Shown: positions 53,605 through 62,625 of the stretch, in pieces
Position numbering within the stretch: position 1 is the stretch's first letter
How the letters are laid out: the number at the start of each line of letters is the position of its first letter
Assembly: GCA_001816585.1 (NCBI GenBank)
Contig: MHCJ01000003.1
Location: forward strand, 586,681 to 650,680
Reading direction: 5' to 3'
From: Candidatus Chisholmbacteria bacterium RIFCSPHIGHO2_01_FULL_52_32
GTDB taxonomy: Bacteria > Patescibacteriota > Microgenomatia > UBA1400 > Chisholmbacteraceae
Length of the DNA: 64,000 bases
Notes under the pieces: generated by a model
The model's input: only the letters and a program-made list of their open reading frames with translations
Told to the model about the DNA's origin: nothing
The model's database searches: none
Position numbers and translations under genes: made by a program

Positions 53605-54528
53605 CTACTGCGGCTTTGAAGATTTTTTCATCCGTCGTTTCAAATACAGAACAATGCCGAGTACAGGAACCCAGACGACTGCATAGACGCCCGCCCAAAT
53701 TGCTGCAGTTGCAACTTTTCTCACGTTCCGAACGAGTGAGCGATATGCCAACTTTGCAATGACATTCGGCCGGAAGGTTTCACTGGGTGCATAGGGAAGC
53801 GCAATTTCGTCGGTTGAAAGATACATGGTCACGCGGGCGAGTTTTGCGGTTTGTTCCAGGTACAGCTGCCGCCCTTTCAGGCTGTCAATTTGGCTCTGCA
53901 AACTGATAATCTCCTGCTGGACACGAAGGATATCGTCGATTTTTACCGCTTGACTTAAGATCTCTTCGAAGCGGGTTTTTGTCTGTTCCAAGGTTTTAAG
54001 CCGTGAGTCGATGTCCTGATATTCATCGGTCACATCCTCGCCTTGGACATATTCGGAAGAAACCTTGATTGCCAAGGAGCGGAAGTACTCCATACTTTCG
54101 CGAAGTTTATCGCTTGGCACACGGAGGATGAGCGTTGCAAAGGGAGCCTCTTCGGGCTGGGTGATACTGGAACTGACCATGTATCCGCCTTGCTCTTTGA
54201 CGTAATTCAATGCAGCGTCGACCGATTTTCGCACATCATTCACCAAGATCGAAAGATTCGTTTCTTGGACAACCAGGCGATCAGCGGTATCCGTCGGCGT
54301 GAATTCCTGGACCGGCGGATACATACTCGGATTCCGGATTACCCTGGATGCGGCTGGTGCACCTTCAAGGGTAATGCCAGTACCTGTGTAGCCCATGTCC
54401 GGTGATACCGTTTTTTGCCTCAGTTGATAGGGGATAACCGGTGTACTGCGGAAAATGAGAAATGTGATGATGACCAAAAGAAAGGTTGTGAGTTTGTTCC
54501 GTTTGATCCATTCAATGGCGCGCCGCAT
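53605..54528 (-). CDS. Membrane-anchored DUF4349-like protein
   Basis: N-terminal TM, central coiled-coil, C-terminal TM; resembles DUF4349 architecture. Confidence 0.4.
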   Translation of the reverse strand: MRRAIEWIKRNKLTTFLLVIITFLIFRSTPVIPYQLRQKTVSPDMGYTGTGITLEGAPAASRVIRNPSMYPPVQEFTPTDTADRLVVQETNLSILVNDVRKSVDAALNYVKEQGGYMVSSSITQPEEAPFATLILRVPSDKLRESMEYFRSLAIKVSSEYVQGEDVTDEYQDIDSRLKTLEQTKTRFEEILSQAVKIDDILRVQQEIISLQSQIDSLKGRQLYLEQTAKLARVTMYLSTDEIALPYAPSETFRPNVIAKLAYRSLVRNVRKVATAAIWAGVYAVVWVPVLGIVLYLKRRMKKSSKPQ

Positions 54529-54542
54529 ATTTTTTGCTTCCT

Positions 54543-55154
54543 TTATCTTCCGCGTTCGTATGTTCCCACAAGTTCTGCTTGTGCAAGGATATGCCCTTCC
54601 ATGACTTTTTCAAGTACCGGTTTTCGTTCCCCTTTTCTCAATTCCGTCAGGTTATCAAGGGCGTAGAGTTTAAAGACATAGCGATGTGCCCTGCCCGGAG
54701 GCGGACACGGCCCTCCCCACCCTTCGTAGCCGAAATCATTGGTCCCTTGGATTGCGCTTGGCGGCACGGATCCTTCAGGAATTTCATCGAATTGCGGGGA
54801 GATGTTCCAGACGAGCCAATGCACCCAGTTTCCTTCGGGCGCATCGGGATCTTCGACAATGAGGGTGAAACTTTCCGTTCCCTCCGGAATGCCTTCGATC
54901 TTCAGGGGAGGGCTTACGTTTTCCCCATCACAGGTATGACGTTTGGAAAGCGGTCCTCCTTCCGGTATCTCGAAGCTCTTGAGTACTAAAGATCCTATCT
55001 TTGCCTCCTCTCCTTCGCTTGGCCTGGCGGAATTATTTAGTCCCGGTTGAGGGGTGTATTTACAGCTTGCTACCAGCATAGCAAATATTGCAAGCAGAGG
55101 TAAGGGTCGAAGCCGCTCGGCAGGCGGTCGGAGTATCTTCCTGAGGAAGGACAT
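54543..55154 (-). CDS. YbhB/YbcL (PEBP) family lipoprotein
   Basis: Lipobox LVASC; PEBP motifs DPDAP...HW..W...GYEGWGGPCPPPG..HRY.F.LYALD. Confidence 0.75.
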   Translation of the reverse strand: MSFLRKILRPPAERLRPLPLLAIFAMLVASCKYTPQPGLNNSARPSEGEEAKIGSLVLKSFEIPEGGPLSKRHTCDGENVSPPLKIEGIPEGTESFTLIVEDPDAPEGNWVHWLVWNISPQFDEIPEGSVPPSAIQGTNDFGYEGWGGPCPPPGRAHRYVFKLYALDNLTELRKGERKPVLEKVMEGHILAQAELVGTYERGR

Positions 55155-55175
55155 GCTTCTCTACTGGTATTTCTC

Positions 55176-55445
55176 TTAGTTCTTCTTTTGTCCCGTTTCC
55201 GAAGCTCCTTGTGTTACTGCCAAGAGTTTGGCAAGTTCGCGCGCGAATTTTTGCGCATGCTCCCGGCTCATGCCGATACGGGCAACGATCCTCACCCGAT
55301 TGGTCGGACCGAGCCTTTGCATGATATCAAGTACCAATCCGTCTGGGTTCACCGTCATCGAGATATTATCCGTGTAGAGGATCGGGGTGGTATCCAGATT
55401 GACGTTGACTGCCAATTGTTTTTCCGTTTTCTTTTGTTCTTCCAC
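55176..55445 (-). CDS. Small conserved hypothetical protein (DUF3467-like)
   Basis: 89-aa ORF, weak family recollection. Confidence 0.3.
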   Translation of the reverse strand: MEEQKKTEKQLAVNVNLDTTPILYTDNISMTVNPDGLVLDIMQRLGPTNRVRIVARIGMSREHAQKFARELAKLLAVTQGASETGQKKN

Positions 55446-55502
55446 CGTGTCTCACATCCTCTCTCGGCAGGAAAATCTCTACTTGGATGACAGAGGAGCT
55501 AT

Positions 55503-56147
55503 TCAATAGTTTTTGAAGTACACAATCTTGGCCTCGTTTCGAAGGCCTTCCATCCAGGACTGAAATGCCTGAAGCAGTTTCTGATCGCGGAGTTGCCCTT
55601 CGATTTCTGCTTTTACTTCCTCGAAGGTTGCTCCTTTGTCGTAGCTATCCCGGTTCTGTTCAAAATACTCTTTCGTTTCCTGATCAGTGGCTTGGATCGA
55701 CTCCTTTAATAAGGTTTCAATCAGGATTTGTACCTCCGCTTGTCTCTTGAGGTCTGCTTTCGTCTGACCCCGGGATGCCAACAATTCATCAAGGTTGCCT
55801 CCCCGGCTTACCACCTCTGCTTCTAACGCCTTGATGCGGCCATCGATTTCATCGTTTGAAACGACGATCCCTTTCTTGGTTGCTTCTTGTTTGATCAGCG
55901 TTTGGGTAATGAGGGTTTCAAGGACTTCTTTCCCTGATTGTTTCTCCAGTTCTCGGATGAGAGAAAGGCGGGTGATGGGTTGTCCGTTGACAAGGGATAC
56001 GACAAAGAGATCTCTTCTTAAGAAACTTAGAACAAGAATGAGGAGAAGGAAGAGCGGAACAGCAAGGACCCGCTTATTGATTGTTTTTAAGCGTTTGTTT
56101 ACCGAGCGAAGGGACTTTTGGAACTTCTTCTTGAGCCCTTGTGACAT
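55503..56147 (-). CDS. SurA N-terminal-domain-like membrane-anchored chaperone (no PPIase domain)
   Basis: N-terminal TM then ...VSLVNGQPITRLSLIRE... SurA_N-like helical domain. Confidence 0.45.
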   Translation of the reverse strand: MSQGLKKKFQKSLRSVNKRLKTINKRVLAVPLFLLLILVLSFLRRDLFVVSLVNGQPITRLSLIRELEKQSGKEVLETLITQTLIKQEATKKGIVVSNDEIDGRIKALEAEVVSRGGNLDELLASRGQTKADLKRQAEVQILIETLLKESIQATDQETKEYFEQNRDSYDKGATFEEVKAEIEGQLRDQKLLQAFQSWMEGLRNEAKIVYFKNY

Positions 56148-56398
56148 TCCCGTATATTACCACATTTCCAGTCACATGGGTCACCATACCTATAATCACA
56201 GTTTTTTCACGCCTTCGATCAATCGTTCAATCAGCGAACGGTTTTCCTCCGTTGCTTCCAGCCCGGTTGGTTGTTTTGGTTCCTGAGCATGCTGGCCTTC
56301 TTCAGCCTGACTCAGAGTTGTTGTCTCGGGGGGAACTCCGGCTGTTCTTTCTTGGACTGTCTCATCAGTCATGTTTCCTCCTTCGATAGGTCTTCAGC

Positions 56399-57034
56399 TT
56401 ATAGAGCCGTCTCGTAATTTTTCCGTACCTCATTCCAATTGACTACATTCCACCAGGCCTTGATGTAGTCGGCGCGGCGGTTCTGGTATTTGAGGTAATA
56501 GGCATGCTCCCAAACATCAAGGGCAAGAATCGGTGTTTTTCCCTGCCTGCCGGCAGGCACGGCTTCCGAGAGTGGGGTGTCCTGATTTGCCGTGTCGACG
56601 ATTGAAAGTTTTCCTTTGTCGCTTACCAGCCATGCCCAACCGCTCCCGAAGTGACCCAACGCCGCCTGGGAGAACTTCTCCTGAAATACAGTAAAGTCTC
56701 CGAAGCTCCCTTTGATCGCTTCAAGCAGTTTTCCTGAAGGCTGTCCGCCTGCCGCGCCGGATGCCGGCCCCATGATGGTCCAGAAAAAGGAGTGGTTGGC
56801 GTGGCCTCCGCCGTTGTTTCTGACTTTGGTACGGACTTCCTCCGGAACTTTCGCCAGATTCCTTACCAGTTCCTCCACGTCCATCTTGAGGAATTCCTCA
56901 TGTCCGGCAAGGGCATCGTTTAGGTTTGCCACGTAGGCGGCGTGGTGTTTATCGTGATGGAGATGCATGGTCTCCGTATCGATGTACGGCTCGAGATCCG
57001 AATAATCGTAGGGTAAATCCGGTAGGGTAAACAT
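56399..57034 (-). CDS. sodA: Fe/Mn superoxide dismutase
   Basis: LPDLPYDY...HHDKHH...DVWEHAYYL; SD AAGGAG upstream. Confidence 0.9.
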   Translation of the reverse strand: MFTLPDLPYDYSDLEPYIDTETMHLHHDKHHAAYVANLNDALAGHEEFLKMDVEELVRNLAKVPEEVRTKVRNNGGGHANHSFFWTIMGPASGAAGGQPSGKLLEAIKGSFGDFTVFQEKFSQAALGHFGSGWAWLVSDKGKLSIVDTANQDTPLSEAVPAGRQGKTPILALDVWEHAYYLKYQNRRADYIKAWWNVVNWNEVRKNYETAL

Positions 57035-57151
57035 CGTGTCTCCTTTTTTCTGATTATATTAATAACGTACAATCCAACTAACCGCTATTGTAGCGTAGCG
57101 TTCCTGACCGCACAATACTGTAATACCGCTCACAAACCTTTCCGCTTCATC

Positions 57152-57157
57152 TATAAT
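57152..57157 (+). promoter_or_regulatory. TATAAT -10 box 6 nt upstream of the ICMT-family gene ATG (probable leaderless transcript)
   Basis: ctTATAATcacctcATG; no SD. Confidence 0.35.
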
Positions 57158-57163
57158 CACCTC

Positions 57164-57595
57164 ATGGGTGTGGCTCTGCTTCTTGGCCAAATTCTGTTCT
57201 TTCTTCTTCTGTTTCTCTTTTGCAATCTGTTTGTGGTCTTTACCTCTCCCTTCCTGGTATTTCTCTTTCTCTCCGGGGTGGCGGTTGGCGGGCTTGCCCT
57301 CCTTACCATGGACCGCCGCTCCTATTCCCCCCTTCCCTATCCGCGCAGACACAATGTCCTGGTTCAAAAAGGTATTTATCGGGTGCTGCGGCATCCCCTC
57401 TATACCGGTCTGCTGCTTGTGGGACTTTCGTTTCTTTTATCCCGTTTTGTCATTATTCCGGTGATTGTCTATGCCGCCTTTGCGGCGGTCACCACCATCA
57501 AGGCAAATATGGAAGAGAAACTGTTGATGAAGATGCATCCGGAGTACTCCACCTATCGAAAACGGACGAAGAAGTTCATCCCGTTTGTCTATTGA
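57164..57595 (+). CDS. Isoprenylcysteine carboxyl methyltransferase (ICMT/PEMT) family membrane protein
   Basis: GIYRVLRHPLYTG and EEKLL...EYSTYRKRTKKFIP motifs. The antisense ORF 57059..57394 is rejected. Confidence 0.65.
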   Translation: MGVALLLGQILFFLLLFLFCNLFVVFTSPFLVFLFLSGVAVGGLALLTMDRRSYSPLPYPRRHNVLVQKGIYRVLRHPLYTGLLLVGLSFLLSRFVIIPVIVYAAFAAVTTIKANMEEKLLMKMHPEYSTYRKRTKKFIPFVY

Positions 57596-57601
57596 GATGT
57601 A

Positions 57602-57994
57602 TCAGGAAATGATAAAGGAAACGCTGATCTCCCGCTCACGGGGCCCATCGAGCTCTACGAGGATGATCCGCTGCCATGTTCCCAACTTCAGCTTTCCGTC
57701 TTCCACCGGAATTGTGAGAGAGGCACCAATCAGCGACGAGAGGATGTGGCTCGGGACGTGGGCCGGATTATGGGGGTGGCGGTAGTTGAGTTTTGGGATG
57801 ATTTTTTCGAAGGCGTCCAGCATGTCCAGATCCGTTCCGGGGTCAAGGTCGGCGGTGGTGAGGGCGGCCGTAGTGTGGGCGAGGAACAGGACGACAATGC
57901 CATTTTTCCAGGCCTTATGGGTCAGGATGCGGTTTATTTCCCCGGTGATGTCGAGTATTTGTTTTGCTTTCGAGGTTGTGACCGTTCGGACCAT
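57602..57994 (-). CDS. YjbQ/UPF0047 family protein
   Basis: Start at MVRTV; conserved HTTAALTTAD...HPHNPAHVPSH...GTWQRIILVELDGPR. Confidence 0.7.
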   Translation of the reverse strand: MVRTVTTSKAKQILDITGEINRILTHKAWKNGIVVLFLAHTTAALTTADLDPGTDLDMLDAFEKIIPKLNYRHPHNPAHVPSHILSSLIGASLTIPVEDGKLKLGTWQRIILVELDGPREREISVSFIIS

Positions 57995-57998
57995 TTCT

Positions 57999-58451
57999 TT
58001 ACAGCATGTTTGTGTTGAGATCGCGGAGGATATCCCGGGCGTGAACCTTGGGATCAACCTTCGGATAGATTTTGGCGATATTTCCTTTCGGATCAATCAG
58101 AAAAGTGGTCCGTTTGGCGAGGATTATCCCATCCGTTCCATAAGCCTTAATGATTTTTTTCTCGGGATCCGCAAGGAGCGGAAACGGGAGGTTAAATTTG
58201 GAAGCAAAGTTCGCGTGACTGTTTTGGCTTTGGCCGCTTACCCCAACTATCTCCACTCTTTTTTGAAGCTCACGGTAGTGGTCGCGAAACTCGCAGGCCT
58301 CCTTTATGCATCCGGGTGTGTTGTCCTTCGGATAGAAGTAGAGGAGGAGCCACTTGCCTTTATACTCGGAGAGCGTATGAATTTTTCCGTTCTGGTCATG
58401 GGCAGAAAAGTTCGGAGCCCTACCGAGCGGCTTTTGTTTCATCCCGATCAT
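57999..58451 (-). CDS. bcp: Peroxiredoxin (Bcp-type thiol peroxidase)
   Basis: FYPKDNTPGCIKEACEFRD with peroxidatic Cys. Confidence 0.8.
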   Translation of the reverse strand: MIGMKQKPLGRAPNFSAHDQNGKIHTLSEYKGKWLLLYFYPKDNTPGCIKEACEFRDHYRELQKRVEIVGVSGQSQNSHANFASKFNLPFPLLADPEKKIIKAYGTDGIILAKRTTFLIDPKGNIAKIYPKVDPKVHARDILRDLNTNML

Positions 58452-59625
58452 CTACTATAGCATAGACATTGGTCTTTAAGAATCGAGCAAACATCGCCAC
58501 AATCACTCCAGTAAGAAGGCTTGCAAAGACAAACGGGCTGTCTTTCCCTTTCACCTCAAACAGCTCGCCGCCGAGAGGGGGGCCGATTACCCTCCCAAAA
58601 CTACCTGCGGACTGGAGGAAACCCAACGTGCCTCCGTACTCCTCTTTTTTAACGCTCTCCGATGCCACTGCCAAAAGCGACGGATTGGAAACGCCGTTCC
58701 CGAAGGCAATCCAGAGAAGGCTAAGGTAGAGAAAAACCGGTGTTCGGGAGAACGGTATGCTCGCAAGACCGATTCCCAGCGACGCGGTTCCCAGACTTAA
58801 CAATTTTCCTTCTCCCATTCTTTTCACCAGGCGGGGGAGAACCAGCATTTGGGTGATCACGGCGATGATGCCGACATAGGCAAATAGCCACCCGTTCTCC
58901 GTCGGTCCGTAGGAGAACTTGGCTTGTGTCCAGAGGGCGAAATTACCGGTCATCGACGAGAAGGCGAGGTTTAAGATAAAAAACGCGATTGTCAGCATCC
59001 CGATCGGCTGGGACTTAAAGACCGCAGATAGCCTGGAAAAAGAAAATGTTGTTTTGGGAGAATGCTTGGCTTTGGTAATATCCACCGTTTCTTTCAAGAG
59101 AAACCAGGTGGCAAGGACGCTGGCGAACGCTATCCCCGCTGCAAAATAGGCGGGTGCGGCAAAGCCGAACTTTGCCAGGATCCCCCCAACCACCGGGCCT
59201 AAGATAAAACCAAGCCCGAAGGCCGCTCCCAACATGCCCATCCCCTTGGCACGATCCTTCTTTTCCGTCACATCGGCGATATATGCTTGGGCGATTGAAA
59301 TATTTCCCCCCGTTATTCCATCGATTATTCTTGAGAGAAACAGGATCGGCAGGCTTCCCGCAACGCCAAGGAGTACAAAGCCAGCCACCGTGCCCAATTG
59401 AGAGATGATCAAAAGCTTCTTTCGGCCATACCGATCGGAGAGGCGGCCGAGAATGGGGGCACCAATGAGTTGGAAAAGCGAGTAACTTGCGGTTAACAGT
59501 CCGATTTCGAAGGGACTGGCACTGTACTGTTCGGCAATGAAGGGGAGGAGCGGGAGGATGATCCCGAATCCGAACAGGTCGATAAAAACGATCAGGAAGA
59601 TGGTTAACAGGGGCTTTTGGGACAT
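58420..59625 (-). CDS. MFS transporter
   Basis: 12 TM helices; MFS motif A (GRLSDRYGRKK). Confidence 0.75.
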   Translation of the reverse strand: MSQKPLLTIFLIVFIDLFGFGIILPLLPFIAEQYSASPFEIGLLTASYSLFQLIGAPILGRLSDRYGRKKLLIISQLGTVAGFVLLGVAGSLPILFLSRIIDGITGGNISIAQAYIADVTEKKDRAKGMGMLGAAFGLGFILGPVVGGILAKFGFAAPAYFAAGIAFASVLATWFLLKETVDITKAKHSPKTTFSFSRLSAVFKSQPIGMLTIAFFILNLAFSSMTGNFALWTQAKFSYGPTENGWLFAYVGIIAVITQMLVLPRLVKRMGEGKLLSLGTASLGIGLASIPFSRTPVFLYLSLLWIAFGNGVSNPSLLAVASESVKKEEYGGTLGFLQSAGSFGRVIGPPLGGELFEVKGKDSPFVFASLLTGVIVAMFARFLKTNVYAIVDDRDETKAAR

Positions 59626-59702
59626 GAAGGCTTGATTATATATCCGTGACGGGCTTTGTGTCGAGGTGAAGAACCGAAATTGTATGCGGGGTCTGCGGTG
59701 CG

Positions 59703-60326
59703 TCAGTTTTTATGAAATGGGCGCTGGGCTGCGACGGTCGTTTCTGGACCGTGGCCGCATAAGAGCACCGTTTCGGAGGGAAGGCGGAGGATCTTCGTGA
59801 TGGATTTTTGCAAGGCTCCGAGGCTTGAGTAGGAAAAATCGGTTCGACCGACTCCTCCATCGGAAAAGAGGAGATCTCCGACAAAGGCCAGCTTTTCTTT
59901 TTTGCTGTAGAGCGTGATGCTGCCCGGGGTATGGCCGGGAGTTTCGATAACCAATAAGTTGGCTTCTCCTACCGGTATTTTTTGTCCGGCTTTCAGGCTG
60001 CGAGTGATGTTGGGAGGAGGACCACTGGTTATCCCGATAAAATGACGGGCGGTTTCCCGCATGCGTCTCACGAGAAATATATCCTTCGGGTGAATCCAGA
60101 GTGGCAGACGGTAATTCAGCTGAAGCTCCGTGGCTGCAAGGATGTGATCGAAGTGACCGTGCGTCGCAATGATTCCTCCGGGTTTGACTCCTTCATCGAG
60201 AATGATCCTCTGGATGTAGTCCGCATCGTCGCCCGGGTCGATGATAAGACATTGTTTTGAGATTCGATCAATGGCAAGGTAACAATTCGTTTGCAGCTGT
60301 CCGACAACCAGGTTTTTTATGTCCAT
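59703..60326 (-). CDS. MBL-fold metallo-hydrolase (glyoxalase II-like)
   Basis: Start MDIKNLVVG; HxHxDH motif (ATHGHFDHI). Confidence 0.7.
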   Translation of the reverse strand: MDIKNLVVGQLQTNCYLAIDRISKQCLIIDPGDDADYIQRIILDEGVKPGGIIATHGHFDHILAATELQLNYRLPLWIHPKDIFLVRRMRETARHFIGITSGPPPNITRSLKAGQKIPVGEANLLVIETPGHTPGSITLYSKKEKLAFVGDLLFSDGGVGRTDFSYSSLGALQKSITKILRLPSETVLLCGHGPETTVAAQRPFHKN

Positions 60327-60369
60327 CTTTTTTAGAGTAAGATATGTTGCTATTCTTATTGTATATCGT

Positions 60370-60765
60370 ATGGGCGAAGGCGACGAGGAAATACCCCAAA
60401 AGTCCACCGAACAGCTTCTCCGCGAAGAGGTGCTGAACAACCTCGATAGCGCAATTAACAATTTTCTGGAAAATAAATCCGGCGAGGGGAAGCTCGTTTC
60501 TCAAGCGGCAGCGGTATGGGAAAAAGCCATGCAAAACCAAGAACTCTCAAAAGCAATTGAGGAGGCTCTGCGTCAGAGGCGAAAGGCATTAACTCAAGGG
60601 TTTGGTGCCCTGAACATTGCCAAACACGGCGATCCTGTTCGAAATAGGTACGATCCGAATACCTGGATGGATACCGTCCCGCCCGAGTTTGAAGGAAGGG
60701 AAGCAGATTATTTTCTCGATCGAGTGCATTCCCTCCGAGCTTTCCTCTCGGGGCTATCTCTCTGA
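60370..60765 (+). CDS. Hypothetical protein
   Basis: Start MGEGDEEIP; helical, no motif. Confidence 0.3.
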   Translation: MGEGDEEIPQKSTEQLLREEVLNNLDSAINNFLENKSGEGKLVSQAAAVWEKAMQNQELSKAIEEALRQRRKALTQGFGALNIAKHGDPVRNRYDPNTWMDTVPPEFEGREADYFLDRVHSLRAFLSGLSL

Positions 60766-60828
60766 TCTCTCCAAGCTCTCAGAGAGAAGTAATACCATAA
60801 TAAAGAACTACAGAGAAAAGAGGCAAAG

Positions 60829-61653
60829 ATGAATGTTGTTGTTGATATGGGAGGGACAACGACCCGGGTTGCCGTGTCGGAAGACGGAAAGCAATTGCAG
60901 GCGAAAGACCGATTCCCGACCCCGCAGTCTTTTGATGAAGGTATTTCGCAGATTGTAGAGACAAGTAAAACGCTTTCCGGGAATTCCCCCATTACCTCCG
61001 TCGTTGTCGGAATACCGGGTACGATCAATCGGACCACGGGCCAGGTCATTCGGGTTGCCCATATACCTTCCTGGGACGGGCGGTTTCCGATGCAGGCGTT
61101 TCAGAAGGCCTTCACAGTCCCGGTGACACTCGCAAACGATGCCGAGCTGGGAGCCATCGGCGAGGCGACGTTCGGAAGCGGCAGGGGGTATCGGATTGTC
61201 GGATATCTGGCAGTCGGAACCGGCATCGGAGGAGCGCTCGTTTTAGATCGACAACTGGTTCCCAACGCCTTTCATACTGAGCCGGGACATATGCTGATGA
61301 GCCCTGATAAAACCGGTCAAGGCGAAACTTTGGCTGTAAAAGCTTGGGAAGAGGTTGCGGCAGGGCCATGGTTTGAGGAGCGTTTCGGTATGAAGCCACA
61401 AGAGTGTAAGGATCCAGAAATATGGTCTCTGTTCGCACAAAACGTCGGTGTGGGGATGATTAATGTCCTTCTTCTTTGGTCACCGGAAGTGCTTATCATC
61501 GGCGGGGGACTTTCGCTTAATGGAGAAATCTTTTTGGCTCCGCTTCGCACGTTTGTGAAAGACAATCTTCGCATGTTTCCTGCCCCGCCGATCGTGGCTG
61601 CGGCTTTGGGAGACGATGCGGGATTGTACGGGGGATTAACCCTTCTCGAGTAA
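60829..61653 (+). CDS. ROK/BadF-type sugar kinase family protein
   Basis: VVDMGGTTTRVAV ATPase phosphate-1 motif; ASKHA fold. Confidence 0.55.
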   Translation: MNVVVDMGGTTTRVAVSEDGKQLQAKDRFPTPQSFDEGISQIVETSKTLSGNSPITSVVVGIPGTINRTTGQVIRVAHIPSWDGRFPMQAFQKAFTVPVTLANDAELGAIGEATFGSGRGYRIVGYLAVGTGIGGALVLDRQLVPNAFHTEPGHMLMSPDKTGQGETLAVKAWEEVAAGPWFEERFGMKPQECKDPEIWSLFAQNVGVGMINVLLLWSPEVLIIGGGLSLNGEIFLAPLRTFVKDNLRMFPAPPIVAAALGDDAGLYGGLTLLE

Positions 61654-61672
61654 TTGCATTCCAGATTTGCTA

Positions 61673-61696
61673 TTTCAATGAATCGATTCATTGAAA
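61673..61696. terminator. 24-nt perfect palindrome between convergent genes (bidirectional hairpin)
   Basis: TTTCAATGAATCGATTCATTGAAA. Confidence 0.4.
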
Positions 61697-61774
61697 TAAT
61701 TCGGAGAATGATCTTCTATGGGGATTGCCAACGCGAACATTGAGAGAAATTGAGTAAATTTGGGAATCATTTCC

Positions 61775-62569
61775 CTATGCGTTGCCGAAAATCCTGGCGG
61801 TCTGTTCTTCTCTTAAGTACATTCGTTCATCCCCTTGTAGTGGTCTACCACCTGAAGAAATGAGTTTATGTGCTTGTCTTGTTACATCGTGCTCCAAAAG
61901 CGCAAGGCCAATGTGGCGAGCTATTTCATCTGTGGTCTGGAAACCTGCGAGCACGTTGTATCCGTCTTTCTGAAGAGCTTTTGTCATGTGGAGCGCGTGT
62001 TCCCATGCCTCTCTTTCCCACTGTGTTTTCAATTGATGGCGTGTGTCTATCGTTTTTTTCCGCATCACTGCTTCTCTGCTCAGTTTTCCTGACAACACTT
62101 GAGCAGCCAGATCAGGGTTACCCATCATGAACAGAGTTTCGTAGGCATAATCCAATGCCGTATCGATTACGGACGAGTGGAATGTATATTTTGTTCCCTC
62201 TTGATGGGTATGGGCTATTTCGTGTAGGAGATTAAGAATTGCTCCACGGTACGGAAGCTCACGAGGGGGATAGAACACCTTTTGGGCGCCGGCATCGCAG
62301 AGGAAAACAGATCCTTCTGCGAACCCGTATCTGTCCGCTAACAATCTATTCAAGGACGTCCAGGCTCTGTCAGTTATGCTGAGCAGCGCAATAGACGTTC
62401 CATTTGCTGTTTGACCGCATTCAATAAAAAAATTTCGATCTCTGGGAATTATTTCAGTGAATTCTCTTTTTCTCTCCTGAAGATCACCCCAAAGGCCAAG
62501 TACCTCCGCTTTTGAGAGTGGTGGAATACCATCGCCTACCGTATAGACATGGTTCTCCTTTGATGGCAT
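61775..62569 (-). CDS. Hypothetical protein with HExxH zinc-metallopeptidase-like motif
   Basis: LLHEIAHTHQEG; otherwise unassigned. Confidence 0.35.
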   Translation of the reverse strand: MPSKENHVYTVGDGIPPLSKAEVLGLWGDLQERKREFTEIIPRDRNFFIECGQTANGTSIALLSITDRAWTSLNRLLADRYGFAEGSVFLCDAGAQKVFYPPRELPYRGAILNLLHEIAHTHQEGTKYTFHSSVIDTALDYAYETLFMMGNPDLAAQVLSGKLSREAVMRKKTIDTRHQLKTQWEREAWEHALHMTKALQKDGYNVLAGFQTTDEIARHIGLALLEHDVTRQAHKLISSGGRPLQGDERMYLREEQTARIFGNA

Positions 62570-62625
62570 AGTCCGGGTATTCTACAAGAAAATGGGAGAA
62601 TATTCAATTACTATAGGGTTGAAGT

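Noticed and set aside
57059-57394. Minus-strand 111-aa ORF overlapping the ICMT-family gene
   Set aside because: Low-complexity Lys/Glu/Gly composition and no motif. The plus-strand ORF carries the diagnostic RHPxY-G and EE...Y motifs of the ICMT family.
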